A DNA stretch of 64,000 nucleotides, from contig OX597826.1 in the NCBI GenBank assembly GCA_951406725.2, positions 69,688,001 through 69,752,000 on the forward strand, read 5' to 3'. The translations under genes and the position numbers were made by a program. The notes below the pieces were generated by a model. It saw only the letters and a program-made list of their open reading frames with translations. It searched no databases and was not told the DNA's origin. This stretch comes from Octopus vulgaris. Lineage: Eukaryota. Positions 13,850 through 27,385 of this stretch are shown here, piece after piece; within the stretch, counting starts at the first letter, position 1, and the number at the start of each line of letters is the position of its first letter.

Positions 13850-14625
13850 AGGCGCGTGTCTGAGTGGTTAAGATATTTTGGTTTATGACCGTAACGACTT
13901 GAGTTCGATTCCTGGTGAAACATTATGTCCTTGAGCAAGACTCTTTACTACTCACTCGTTTCTCCTGTCCGTTCAGCTGGTAAAAATGAGTAGGACCTGC
14001 AATTGAAAGGGCCAGCCTTGTCACATCCTGTGTCACGCTGAATCTCCCTAAGAACTAATTATGGTAAGGTTGCACGTACCTGTGAAGTGCTCATCTTCTT
14101 TTACTCTTTTACTCTTTTACTTGTTTCAGTCATTTGACTGCGGCCATGCTGGAGCACCGCCTTTAGACGAGCAACTCGACCCCGGGACTTATTCTTTTTG
14201 TAAGCCCAGTACTTATTCTATCGGTCTCTTTTTGCCGAACCGCTAAGTGACGGGGACGTAAACACACCAGCATCGGTTGTCAAGCAATGCTAGGAAAACA
14301 AACACAGACACACAAACACACACACATACATATATATATATACATATATACGACAGGCTTCTTTCAGTTTCCGTCTACCAAATCCACTCACAAGGCATTG
14401 GTCGGCCCGGGGCTATAGCAGAAGACACTTGCCCAAGATGCCACGCAGTGGGACTGAACCCGAACCATGTGGTTGGTTAGCAAGCTACTTACCACACAGC
14501 CACTCCTGCGCCTATAGCCACTCCTGCGCCTATCCAGTTGCATATTAAATATTAATTTCGCGAGCTGATTATTGCGATGATCGGATCTACTGAGACACTC
14601 GTCGTTGTAACCGACGGAGTACCAG
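13850..14625 (+). mobile_element. SINE family D interrupted by an inverted SINE A
   Basis: D body to gtgctcatc (about 14096) resumes at atccagttgca (about 14532) and ends gtaaccgacggagtaccag. Confidence 0.75.
14097..14531 (-). mobile_element. SINE family A, young full-length copy with duplicated 5' end
   Basis: Near-consensus; agccactcctgcgcctat occurs twice at the head. Confidence 0.9.
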
Positions 14626-14640
14626 AAAATATTGTTTGTA

Positions 14641-15246
14641 GGCGGCGAGCTGGCAGAAACGTTAACACGCCGGGCGAAATGCTTAGTGGTATTTCGTCTG
14701 CCGCTACGTTCTGAGTTCAAATTCCGCCGAGGTCGACTTTGCCTTTCATCCTTTCGGGGTCGATAAATTAAGTACCAGTTACGCACTGGGGTCGATGTAA
14801 TCGACTTAATCCGTTTGTCTGTCCTTGTTTGTCCTCTCTGTGTTTAGCCCCTTGTGGGTAGTAAAGAAATAGGTATTTCGTCTGCCGCTACGTTCTGAGT
14901 TCAAATTCCGCCGAGGTCGACTTTGCCTTTCATCCTTTCGGGGTCGATAAATTAAGTACCAGTTACGCACTGGGGTCGATGTAATCGACTTAATCCGTTT
15001 GTCTGTCCTTGTTTGTCCCCTCTGTGTTTAGCCCCTTGTGGGTAAGTACAGAAATAGGTATTTCGTCTGCCGCTACGTTGTGAGTTCAAATTCCGCCGAG
15101 GTCGACTTTGCCTTCCATCCTTTCGGGGTCGATTAAATAAGTACCAGTTACGCACAAGGTTCGATATAATCGACTTAATCCGTTTGTCTGTCCTTGTTTG
15201 TCCCCTGTATGTTTAGCCCCTTGTGGACAACAACAACAAAAAAGAT
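14641..15246 (+). mobile_element. SINE family B trimer with 13-bp TSD
   Basis: One head plus three 184-185 bp units starting at 14688, 14872 and 15057; aatattgtttgta at 14628-14640 and 15247-15259. Confidence 0.9.
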
Positions 15247-16191
15247 AATATTGTTTGTAATTCAGGCACTAAGCCAGCAATTCTCGACGTGGGATTAACC
15301 AATACCATCAACCATTGTACAAAATTGGTGCATCAGTTTATCGACCCCTGGCGAATAAAAGATAAACCTGACTTCGGCGCTATTTGGATTCAAAATTGAA
15401 TTGAAGAGCCGGAAAAATGCTGCGAAGCATTTCAACCAATGTTCTAACGATTCTGCGAGTCCGCTGCCTTGTCTAATCCGTAAAAATATCGAAATTCTAT
15501 TACAGACACTCAGAAACTAACCAAATGTGAATTAACGATGGGGAGCCTCTAATTATTTTGTTAGCCAGCTAAAACTAATAGTCAAATTACCTCTGACGTA
15601 ATAACCCCCACCATCTTGAAATAGAATACAAATCTGATAATATGATTGTAGATATATGATTGTAGATATGGTGGTTCTAAAACAAATGGGATGGTCATAA
15701 ATGGACGTTTGATCATGCGTTTGCTCAGTGAGGTTGACGTGATGTTAAACAACATTGTTACCACAGCGACGGCTACCAACAACAACAACAACAACAAGAC
15801 TAAGAACAACAACAACAACAACTTGTCTGAACTAGAAACGTTGTTATCACTACTTAAGAGATACCAGACGCAGATTAGGCAATGAAATACAACTTAAAGT
15901 TGAAATCAGAAGATCAAGACGTATAACTCCTACAGATGTAGACGACAGAAAAAGAACTCTTCCAAAGAAAGAGACAAAAAAAAAAAAACAGAAAACAGAA
16001 AAGAAAAAAAGAAAAAGTGAATGACGAAAGTAAAAAAAGTAAAAAAAAAAAGAAACATGACGAAATCTTATTGCACCAACCAACAAGAAAGAAAAAAGAG
16101 AAAAGAAAAAGAAAAGACAAAATGAAATGAAATAAAATAAAGAACAAACAGATCATAAGTAATCCTGAGACTAGGAAAAGGCGAAAGTGTA

Positions 16192-16204
16192 ATGACAACA
16201 ACGT

Positions 16205-16283
<79 letters not shown>

Positions 16284-16314
16284 GATGATGATGACGACGA
16301 TGATAATGTTGATG

Positions 16315-16361
<47 letters not shown>

Positions 16362-16394
16362 GGTGGTGGTGAAGATGACGACGACGATGACGAC

Positions 16395-16461
<67 letters not shown>

Positions 16462-16462
16462 T

Positions 16463-16496
<34 letters not shown>

Positions 16497-16591
16497 GGTG
16501 AAGATGACGACGACGACGATGATGATGATGATGATGATGATGACGATGTTGATGATGACAATGACGACGATGATAATGTTGATGAGGATGA

Positions 16592-16625
<34 letters not shown>

Positions 16626-16658
16626 GATGATGATGATGATGACGATGTTGATGATGAC

Positions 16659-16722
<64 letters not shown>

Positions 16723-16814
16723 GTGGTGGTGATGATGATGATGATGATGATGACGACGATGATGATGGTGATGATGATGATGATGATGATGATGACGATG
16801 ATGATGACGATGAC

Positions 16815-16846
<32 letters not shown>

Positions 16847-16879
16847 CGATGACGACGATGATAATGTTGATGAGGATGA

Positions 16880-16913
<34 letters not shown>

Positions 16914-16946
16914 GGTGGTGGTGAAGATGACGACGACGATGACGAC

Positions 16947-16996
<50 letters not shown>

Positions 16997-17107
16997 CGAT
17001 GATGATGATGACGATGATGATGATGATGTTGATGAGGATGATGATGGTGGTGGTGGTGGTGGTGGTGAAGATGACGACGACGACGATGATGATGGTGGTG
17101 GTGGTGG

Positions 17108-17140
<33 letters not shown>

Positions 17141-17300
17141 CGACGACAACGATGGTGGTGGTGATAAGATGATGAAGACAACGACGATAATATCGATGAT
17201 AAAGACGGACGCTGGCGACGAGGATTGGGACAATGGCAACGACGGTAATAATGATATTCATCATACTAGTGACGATGATGATGAGGTCGATGGTGAAGAT
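16192..17300. repeat. Compound (GAT)n/(GGT)n/(GAC)n repeat with higher-order blocks
   Basis: Marker gacgacgatgataatgttgatgagg recurs near 16293, 16563 and 16851. Confidence 0.9.
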
Positions 17301-17389
17301 GACGATGCGGAGGAAGGAGAGGTGGAGGAAGTGGAGGAGAAGGCAGAAAAGGACAATAAGGATATTGAGGGACAAGAGAATTATCATTA

Positions 17390-17427
<38 letters not shown>

Positions 17428-17740
17428 GTTATTATTATCATCATCACCATCGCCCTCATCACAATCATCATCAGGATTACTATTACTATTATTATTATCA
17501 TTATCATCATCATCAACATCATTATCATTTCATCGCCATCATCATCATCATCATCATTATCATTTCATCGCCATCATCATCTTCATCATCACCACCACCA
17601 TTATTATCATCATCATTATCATTGTGCATCCATGGACCCCTTCACGTTGCCTATTATTCTGTTTGACATCTCAAGGCTATAAAACCTAACCGTTTGTCGT
17701 CATCATTTCAAAAGATGCATCTTTAAATTACGTCCACATC

Positions 17741-17794
17741 AAACTTCTAAATAATTTGAACATATTTTCCTTCAACACAAACACACACACACAT

Positions 17795-17828
<34 letters not shown>

Positions 17829-17899
17829 GCATACATATATACATAAAAATTCTAAATAATTTGAACATATTTTCCTTCAACACACACACACACACACAT

Positions 17900-17933
<34 letters not shown>

Positions 17934-18005
17934 GCATACATATATACATAAAAATTCTAAATATTTTGAACATATTTTCCTTCAACACAAACGCACACAC
18001 ACACA

Positions 18006-18048
<43 letters not shown>

Positions 18049-18260
18049 ACATACACACACATACACACATACACACACACACACATATATATGCCTACAT
18101 ACATATATAAAAATTCTAAATAATTTGAACATATCTTCCTTCTCCACACCCGCATACACGCATACGCATATATATATATACATACATACATACATGCATA
18201 CATACATACATACATACATACATACATACATACATACATACTTACATATATATATATAAA
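17741..18260. repeat. Minisatellite of four units, each a unique core plus (CA)n(TA)n
   Basis: ttctaaataatttgaacatattttccttcaacac recurs near 17745, 17850, 17955 and 18114. Confidence 0.85.
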
Positions 18261-18816
18261 TATATATATATACTTATACATACATGCATACATATATATG
18301 CATAGATTACATATACAAACACATACACTCACGGGTTCATATGTATATACGAATGCATATATATATGCATAAAAATACTCATACACATGCAAATATACAT
18401 GTATCCATACAAACGCATATATGATGGATTCTTCCATCGAAAGCGGAGTATATTCATTCGCTCAGCAACAGACAGCAAACTATAATTCAGATAAGCTGAT
18501 AGAATCTAGTCAAAAATAGAACAGGCATAAAGATGATAAAATATGATCAAATCGAACGATATTGGATGAAATTAATAAATCTAATAACAAACAGCGACGA
18601 AGTATGGTGAACGACAGACCCTCTTCGCAAAGCAGACGACCACATGTCGACCTCTACATATGGTTTAGAAGTATTGTAATCTAACTCTGGTAAGTCACTT
18701 CCATTGTGTTTTTGTTTTTTATTTTTTCTGTGCAGCAAGGCTGGCCTTCGCCTTGCAGAAGTATTGATACGTTTGCTGACGTGTTCACCTCCCATTGACA
18801 ATATAGAGAAGGTCTA

Positions 18817-19396
18817 GGACGGCGAGCTGGCTGAATGGGTAGCAAGCCGGGCGAAATGCTCAGCGGTATTTCGTCTGCCGTTACGTTCTGAGTTCAAATT
18901 CCGCCGAGGTCGACTTTGCCTTTCATCCTTTCGGGGTCGATTAAATAAGTACCAGTTACGCACTGGGGTCGATGTAATCGACTTAATCCGTTTGTCTCTC
19001 CTTGTTTGTCCTCTCTATGTTTAGCCCCTTGTGGGTAGTAAAGAAATAGGTATTTCGTCTGCCGTTACGTTCTGAGTTCAAATTCCACCGAGGTCGACTT
19101 TGTCTTCTATCCTTTCGGGGTCGATAAATTAAGTACCAGTTACGCACTGGGGTCGATGTAATCGACTTAATCCGTCTGTCTGTCCTTATTTGTCTCCTCT
19201 GTGTTTAGTCCCTTGTGGGCAATAAAGAAATAGGTATTTTGTCTGCCGTTACGTTCTGAGTTCAAATTCCGCCGAGGTCGACTTTGCCTTTCATCCTTTC
19301 GGGGTCGATAAATTAAGTACCGATTGCGTACTGGGGTCGATCTAATCGACTAGCCCATCCTCCAAAATATCGGGCTTTGTACCCAGAGTAGAAAAG
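18817..19396 (+). mobile_element. SINE family B trimer with TSD; last unit carries the alternative tail
   Basis: Three body units; aatatagagaagg at 18800-18812 and 19397-19409. Confidence 0.9.
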
Positions 19397-19890
19397 AATA
19401 TAGAGAAGGCCTTACCTTTTTTGATTGTTTTTAAATATTTTTTATGTTCTTATTTGTCTTTTTAGGTTACAGTATGATCTTTTTCTCCAGTTTTCGAAAC
19501 TTCGCATTAAATATCAATTGTGGCGACTGAGTGGTAGGTGTTTCGAGATTGTGTACCTAATTCCTTAGACATTTCTTCATTCTGTCCTTGTAGCGAAGCA
19601 GAAGTTTTTCGATGCGTTACGAAAACACTTGGAGGCTGATGATAAAATATATTTTGGGTATTCTACGATTGCCCATATGAAGAACGAACCCACGCCTAGC
19701 ACATTTGTATCCGCAACCACATATTTTCGATGCTACTTGTGCTTCTCAGGAGAGCTTCTATTTAATAACTTGCCATTCTATGAAATGCTAATAATATATT
19801 TACGCCGAGCAAGCTGTTCGGTTTATCGGATCAACTAGAAACCATAGCATCATAACCGACGAAGTGTCGGTTATTGTTATTGCTTATAAA

Positions 19891-20107
19891 GACGGGGATC
19901 TGGCAGAGTCGTTAACACACCGTGCAAAATGCCCAGCGGCATTTCATCCGTCTTTACGTTCTGAGTTCTAATTCCGCCGTGGTCAATTTTGCCTTTCGTC
20001 TTTTCGAAATCGATAAAATAAGTACCAGCTGGTTACTGGGGTCAATGTAATCGACACACCCCATCCTCCTAGATTACTGGCTCTATGCCAGACTCTAAAA
20101 CCAATAT
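19891..20107 (+). mobile_element. SINE family B monomer, diverged
   Basis: gacggggatctggcagagtcgttaacac...ttctgagttctaattccgcc. Confidence 0.75.
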
Positions 20108-20145
20108 TGTTATTGTTTATTAACTTGTTATCTTACTTCCAATAC

Positions 20146-20395
20146 TCTCTTTACTCTTTTACTTGTTTCAGTCATTTGACTGCGGCCATGCTGGGGCACC
20201 GCTTTTAGTCGAGCACACACACACACACTAGCACAATATACACACGCACATAACAAATCGACCCCGGGACTTATTCTTTGTAAGCCTAGTACTTATTCTA
20301 TCGGTCTCTTTTGCCGAATCGCTAGATTACGGGGACGTAAACACACCACAATCGGTTGTCAAGTGATGTTGGGGGAACAAACACAGACACACAAG

Positions 20396-20480
<85 letters not shown>

Positions 20481-20701
20481 TCTTTACTCTTACTCTTTTA
20501 CTTGTTTCAGTCATTTGACTGCGGCCATGCTGGAGCACCGCCTTTAGTCGAGCAAATCGACCCCAGGACTTAGTCTTTGTAAGCCTAGTACTTATTCTAT
20601 TGGTCTCTTTTGCCGAACCGAACGTAAACACACCACCATCGGTTGTCAAGCAATGCTAGGGGAACAAACACAGACACACAAACATATACACATATACATA
20701 T

Positions 20702-20782
<81 letters not shown>

Positions 20783-21142
20783 TACGACATGCTTCTTTCA
20801 GTTTCCGTCTACCAAATCTACTCACAAGGCATTGGTCGGCCCGGGGCTATAGCAGAAGACACTTGCCCAAGATGCCACGCAGTGGGACTGAACCCGCAAA
20901 CATGTGGTTGGTAAGCAAGCTACTTACCACACAGCCACTCCTATGCCTATATATATATATATATATGTATACATATATACGACAGGCTTCTTTCAGTTTC
21001 CGTCTACCAAATCCACTCCCAAGGCTTTGGTCGGCCCGAGGCTATAGTAGAAGACACCTGCCCAATGTGCCACGCAGTGGGACTGAACCCGGAACCATGG
21101 GGTTGGTAAGCAAGCTACTTACCACACAGCCACTCCTACGCC
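20146..21142 (-). mobile_element. Cluster of SINE family A pieces (3' half, full copy, 5' half), probably one copy nested in another
   Basis: Tails at 20146 and 20480, heads near 20945 and 21140. Confidence 0.85.
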
Positions 21143-21199
21143 TTGATAAAAATACAATCTTGATAAAATTACAACTACTACTAGTAAAGATGCCGCTAT

Positions 21200-21370
21200 T
21201 CTACTACTACTACTACTACCACCACCAACATTACCTCCTCTACCACTACTACTACCACCACCACCACCACCACCACCACCACCACCACCACTACTACTAC
21301 TACCACCACCTCCACCACCACTACCGCCACCACCACTACTACCACTACTACTACCACCACCACCACCACC

Positions 21371-21433
<63 letters not shown>
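21200..21433. repeat. (CTA)n/(CCA)n microsatellite
   Basis: Directly visible. Confidence 0.95.
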
Positions 21434-21781
21434 GTCTTCCTTTCTTTCTATTTAGCTATCTATATATTATCTATGCCTCAGCTACCGCTGCGACCACTTC
21501 TTATATATATATACATCTCACTCGCTATCTAAAAACCGATTACCATTTCAATCGATTTTTGGTAAATATATTTACTTAGAAATTATGTATTTTATTTTCT
21601 TCTCTATCTTTTCTCATGAGTTTCTGCGTTTTACGCAACGGGAATATTTCTCTCTCCATCACTACGTGTGAAATTGTCAAAAACACTTGCCTTTTCCTAA
21701 AGGAACCGTCATTGAAAACAGGTGACACAGCAATATCTAAGATCCACTAGATTTCGTATATACCGAAGTGAAAAGTAAAAA

Positions 21782-22178
21782 TCTCTTATATATAAAGCTG
21801 AAGTTGTCTGTGTATGGCAGGTTTGATAGCCTTCAACTAACACTATCTCCTCCAAGACCCTGCGGCGCAAGTTGACCAAAATTGAGAGTATGATAGAAGA
21901 AGGCTTGCTCTTCCTTCTGTAGAAGAAAAAATTCAAATCGGACCATGTTAAGACCAAAAATTATTTACATCAAAAAGGTGCTTTTTTTTTCTATGAAAAT
22001 CCCTATTTTTTTACGATTTTTTGACTGCTGTGTCGCCATTTTTTCGGTGTATTTCAACCAGAAAAAATGTTCACTTAAAGAGAATAACAAGCTACATAAT
22101 GCAAAATTTTTACTTTTCAAAAATTCCAATTCTAAAAGGGCCGAAAGAAACCCGAGCAACGCCGGGCGATACTGCTAG
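21782..22178 (+). mobile_element. Non-autonomous Helitron, type 2
   Basis: A|TC start, hairpin cccgagcaacgccggg, CTAG|T end; closely similar to 54561-54936. Confidence 0.85.
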
Positions 22179-22707
22179 TTATTTATAAGAATAGAAATTT
22201 TGTACCACGACAAATGCCTCTTTTTATGAAGACCCTTAAGTCTTTTGTTAGCAATTATATGACATCATACTTCATTCCTTCTGTATTTGATCCGTTCCGT
22301 TGCCTAGCGTTGTGTGTTCCAATCCTACCAAGATCGACTTTTCCTTTTGTTTTACCGGGATTTGGAAAAAAAGTAAGTTTTCTTGTTTGGTAGCCATGGT
22401 GTAAGAGATAAATTGGTGAAGGAGATTAAAAGGGCTAAATTGAGTTAGTTGCTCCTTCAGTCATCCAATCCTCATTTTAAGTAATACACGAGAAATGGAT
22501 CTGGCATAAACTGCAGTGGAAAGTAAAATCGCTTAAACGAGTAGCATTTTGTATCACAACGAATGCCTGTTTGTGTGAAGATCCTTAACTCTTTGGTTAG
22601 CAGTCATACGATATGATCCTTCATATAATAATTGATTAAAAAACGAAATAACAGTGAAGTACTGGGACCGGTTTTTCTCTCCTCTCTCTATCTCGTGGCT
22701 CTCTCTC

Positions 22708-22762
<55 letters not shown>

Positions 22763-23029
22763 CGTGCACACACACAGACACATAGACACACATACATGCA
22801 TGCACGCGCGCACTCACACACACACTTATACACATGCAATTTGCTATGTTGTGCTGTGAGAAGAGCTGTGAAAGGTCACCTGCTGCAGTGTGCCTTCCCC
22901 AGAAATAAAAAAAAACACTTATTGAGGACCAAGCAACACTTTCTCGTGGAAAAAAAAGTTGGGAAATGATACTGAATATTTGTGATATTCAGTAGAGTGG
23001 ATAGGCCACATTACTCCGTAAGGACAATA

Positions 23030-23248
23030 AGGGCCAGCTTCGCAGTTTCCCTGGAGTATATATTCCTTCCTGGGCAGGACGTCGGTCCGTTGCAGGATTA
23101 CTCACCTTTATCAAACTGAGTGGACTGAAGCAATATGAAACGAAGTGTTTTGCTCAAGAACACAACGCGTCGCCCGGTTCAAGAATCGAAACCACAATCT
23201 TACGATTGTGAGTGCAACACCCTAACCATTAAACCATGGACCTCCACT
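23030..23248 (-). mobile_element. Chimeric SINE (D-type core, C-type tail), diverged
   Basis: ggacgtcggtccgttgcagg joined to tgagtggactgaagcaa...gctcaagaacacaacgcg. Confidence 0.6.
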
Positions 23249-23712
23249 AAGAAGATCGAAGAACGCAATTTAAGAAGAATTCACTGATTATGCTTGGAAT
23301 TTTAATCACACAACCTTTGACTCGTAAATAGTAACGCTATATTGTGTTTGGCATAGAGTTAACGTTTCTGTCACTAAAAGAGATTCCTCGCTTCCAATAG
23401 ATTTTGGCAGCAATTAAAACAATGATGGTGATTGTACTAATTACATAACGAATAAAAGAACAAAGTTACCTTTTCAAAAAATGGCTTAGTAATACTTTCT
23501 TTTATTGATAATAATCTTTTGAGGTGGTGGAATAACAGAATCATTAGCCGGAAGTTTCGAGTTCAAATCTCGCCGAGGTTAACTTTTTGTTTTTTATCCT
23601 TCAAGGTTGGTAAAATAAAGTTGCAGTCAAGTACTAGGTCAATGTAATCGACCCGATCCATCTCCTTTAAAACTGCAGGCATTGTACCAAAAATTTGAAA
23701 CCGTTAATAGAA

Positions 23713-24020
23713 GGAGCACTCCGTCAGTTACGACGACGGAAGTCCCAGCTGATATGATCAACGAAACAGCTTGCTCGCGAAATTAAAGTGCACGTGGCTG
23801 AGCACTCAAACAGACACGTGTACCCTTAACGTAGTTCTCGGGGATATTCAGCGTTACACAAAATGTGGCAAGGCTGGCCCTTTTGAAATACAGGTACTAC
23901 TCATTTTTGCCAGCTGAGTGGACTGAAGCAACGTGAAATAAAGTGTCTTGCTCAAGAGCACAACACACAACCCGGTGCAGGAATCGAACTCACTAACTCA
24001 TGATTGTGAGCCTGACCCCT
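23713..24020 (-). mobile_element. SINE family D
   Basis: gcactccgtcagttacgacgacg...gccagctgagtggactgaagcaacgtgaaataaagtgtcttgctcaag. Confidence 0.85.
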
Positions 24021-24346
24021 GGGCTTCCACTCAGTTTCCACCTACCAAATTCATTCATAAGGCATAGGTCAGGTCTGAGGTTATGGTAAAAGACACTTGA
24101 CTGGGGTATCGCGACGTGGGACTGAACCCGGAGCCATGTCGTTGCAAAGCGAGTTTCCTAACCGTACAGACATGCCTTTCGCCTTTCCGTATTTATTCTA
24201 AATATAATCCCAGATATGCATGTAAAGACAGGATAGTCACGGCTGCAATGTCTCTGACTATAAATCTTCCTAATCAGAGCTGATTTAAGACTAAACAACA
24301 CCGATATTATTAACACCACCCCCACCACCAGCAACAACAACAACGA

Positions 24347-24540
24347 GTGGAGCGCAATGGCCCAGTGATTAGGGCAGCGGACTCGCGATCGTAAGAACGC
24401 GATTTCGATTCCCAGACCGAGCATTCTGAGTGTTTATTGAGCAAAAACACCTAAGCTCCACGAGGCTCCTGCGGGGAATGGTGGTGAACCTCGCTTTACT
24501 CTTTCACCACAACTTTCTCTCACTCTTTCTTCCTACTTCT
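24347..24540 (+). mobile_element. SINE family C, 5' part
   Basis: tRNA-like head tggcccagtgattagggcagcggactcgcg...tttcgattccc. Confidence 0.8.
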
Positions 24541-24825
24541 GCCACAAAGCAGAGGAACCATGGTGTAACCCCCTATGGTATGGTAAACTTTCAGATCCTA
24601 GTCTAGATTGCGAATCCTCTGTACCCCAGGATGGTTCAGCTCTGCACCCGTTAAACGCCACCGTTTACGGAATAAGGATAACAACGTAGGTTTCGCACCC
24701 GTGCAACCGCCAGTCTATCGCGTGTGGTGGATGGATCTTCAAGTTGCCACACGCATTCTTAGTAGCCTAGAGTAGGCTCGAATTAGAGATTATTCCTTGC
24801 GGCTAATGGCGTGAGTCCTGATTGG

Positions 24826-24992
24826 AAGAAGAAGAAGAAGAAGAAGAAGATGATGAAAAGGAAGAAGAAGAAGAAGAAGAAGAAGAAGAAGAAGAAGAAG
24901 AAGAAGAACATCAACAACAACAACAGCAACAGCAGCAACAGCAGCAACAACAACAACACAACAACGGCAGCAGCAGAAGTCGCAGCAGCAGC
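24826..24992. repeat. (GAA)n then (CAA/CAG)n microsatellite
   Basis: Directly visible. Confidence 0.95.
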
Positions 24993-25635
24993 GAGAATAA
25001 CCGTTAGAATGGCAGTAGCAGAAAAAAAAAAGCATTAATAATAATCGCAATACTGCAAAAATGGACAAGTTGAAAATTCAAATAAAATTCTTGGAAATTT
25101 GACATTTCCAAAAGATATCGATGGGAATTAAAATAAATTACAACCACGAATCGGGACGAAGATAATGTTATTTATTTCCCCAGTGATAACAATACGGGTA
25201 CCGTGTGACACCTCTCACTCGCAAGGTCTTACGACACAAATATGATTTATGGCATGTGAAGGCACAAGAGCAATTTGAAGAAGGAAGTAGAGAAATAATT
25301 AAAGGAATGCAATTGCCAAGGCATAGCATGAGAAAGGAAAGCACCCAAGGATTTTGATTCCTAATTTTCCATTGTTGTACCATTTTATATCTGTTTGATG
25401 CTTTTATGGTTTTATATCAAGTGTTGGGGAATGGCGTTCAGTGCTGAGAAAATTTTATTGAAATATGTAAGAGCCGTCGGTCGGTGGTAAACGGGTATCG
25501 TTTGGTAACGTATAAAAGGATTTTGAGAATTTGTTTTTAAGTGCATGTGTTGAGGTCGAGGGCTGATGTAGAAGCCAGTTCGATTCTGCTATGGTTTGGG
25601 CTAGCGACCCCTCCAGGAGGATGTGAGAACTGGAC

Positions 25636-26110
25636 GGAGATGGAGAGAGAGGAAGAGACAGGGAGAAACAGGGGAAAGTGAGAGGGGGAAAGAGAGAGGG
25701 GACGAGAGGTGAGAAAGAGAGCGGAAAGAGAGAGGGAAAGAGAGGTGAGAAAGAGAGAGGGGTAAACATAGGTGGGAAAGAGAGAGGGGGAAAGAGAGGT
25801 GGGAAAGAGGGAGGGAAAAAGAGAGGTTGGAAAGAGAGAGGGAAGAAAGGGAAAGAGAGAGGGGGAAGAGAGGGAAAGAGAGAGAGGGAAAGAGAGGTGG
25901 GAAAGGGAGAGGGAGAAAGGGAGGTGGGAAAGAGAGAGGGAAAAAGGGAGGTGGAAAGTGAGAGGGGAAAAGAGAGGTAGGAAAGAGAGAGGGAGAAAGA
26001 GAGGTGGGAAACAGAGAGATAGAAAGAGAGGTGGGAAAGAGAGAAGGGAAAGAGAGGTGGGAAAGAGAGAGGGGAAAGAAATGTGGGAAAGAGTCGGGGA
26101 GAGAGAGAGC
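25636..26110. repeat. Polypurine minisatellite, about 21-bp unit GAGGGAAAGAGAGGTGGGAAA
   Basis: Directly visible degenerate tandem units. Confidence 0.85.
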
Positions 26111-26954
26111 TGCTCCAGCAGCCGACAACTCCGCAATTTTCAGCTAAGGAGACGGGTGAAACGTATAAATGAAGTGCCTTGCTTAAGGACAGAACGCACT
26201 GTCTGCTCCATGAATCGAACCTACTACATTATGATCTCGAGACGAACATCCTAAACACTAGATCGCATGCCTTTGCGTACATACAATGCGTGTATACTCA
26301 TATTTGTGTGCGCGCGAGTGTGTGTGTGCACAAACGTGTGTTAGTGTGAGTGTGCATGTGTGAGCGTGCATCCATGCATATGCATGTGTGTATGTATCGA
26401 TACCATCCAAGGATTTGCTTGCGTGTAAATTCATCGATGTCATCAATATCGCTTTTCCCTAATGGTTTTCATTGTTGTGTTTTATCTAATTAAATTTACA
26501 ATTAATCCCTCGCCACTCATCCCCACCTCACCAAAAAAGGCATAGATTAAATTCATACATGTAGCTACAATGGAGAGAAAACTTAACTAATTAAAAATTT
26601 TTTTGGAAAAATACAAAAATCAAAGGGTAGCTAATATCATTGAGTACCCCACAAAAGCTCATAAATACACAAACATCACATACACACATACACACCTACC
26701 CATACACATACACATATAAATACATACACACACATGCAACCACATATACACAAACGCACACAAACGCACACGCACACACACACACACACACACAGACTCA
26801 CAAAGTGCGTGTGACAAAGCCGTACCTTTTGAATAACAGGTACGATCCACTCGACACATTTCTATACTCTTTCACTGATAAGATAAGGATCGGCGAATGG
26901 CGACAGAAAATTACAATTGCTTCAGCTGTCAGGCTATGGGGAAGTGCCATTGCT

Positions 26955-27385
26955 TGTACGTACATACGTACGCATACATACTACATACATACATACATAC
27001 ATACATACATACATACATACATACATACATACATACTACATACATGCATACATACTACATACATGCATACATACATACATACATACATACATGCATACAT
27101 ACATACATGCATGCATGCATGCATACATATATACATGCATACATACTGCATACATGCATACATACTACATACATGCATACATACATACATACATGCATAC
27201 ATACATACATGCATGCATGCATGCATACATATATACATGCATACATACATACATACATACATACTACATACATGCATACATACATACATACATACATACA
27301 TGCATACATACATACATGCATGCATGCATGCATACATACATACATACATACATACATACATACATACATACATACATTACATACA
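26955..27385. repeat. (CATA)n/(CATG)n microsatellite
   Basis: Directly visible. Confidence 0.95.

Noticed and set aside
15914-17689. Long poly-S, poly-H, poly-I and poly-M ORFs
   Set aside because: Translations of the (GAT)n/(GGT)n repeat, open in most frames.
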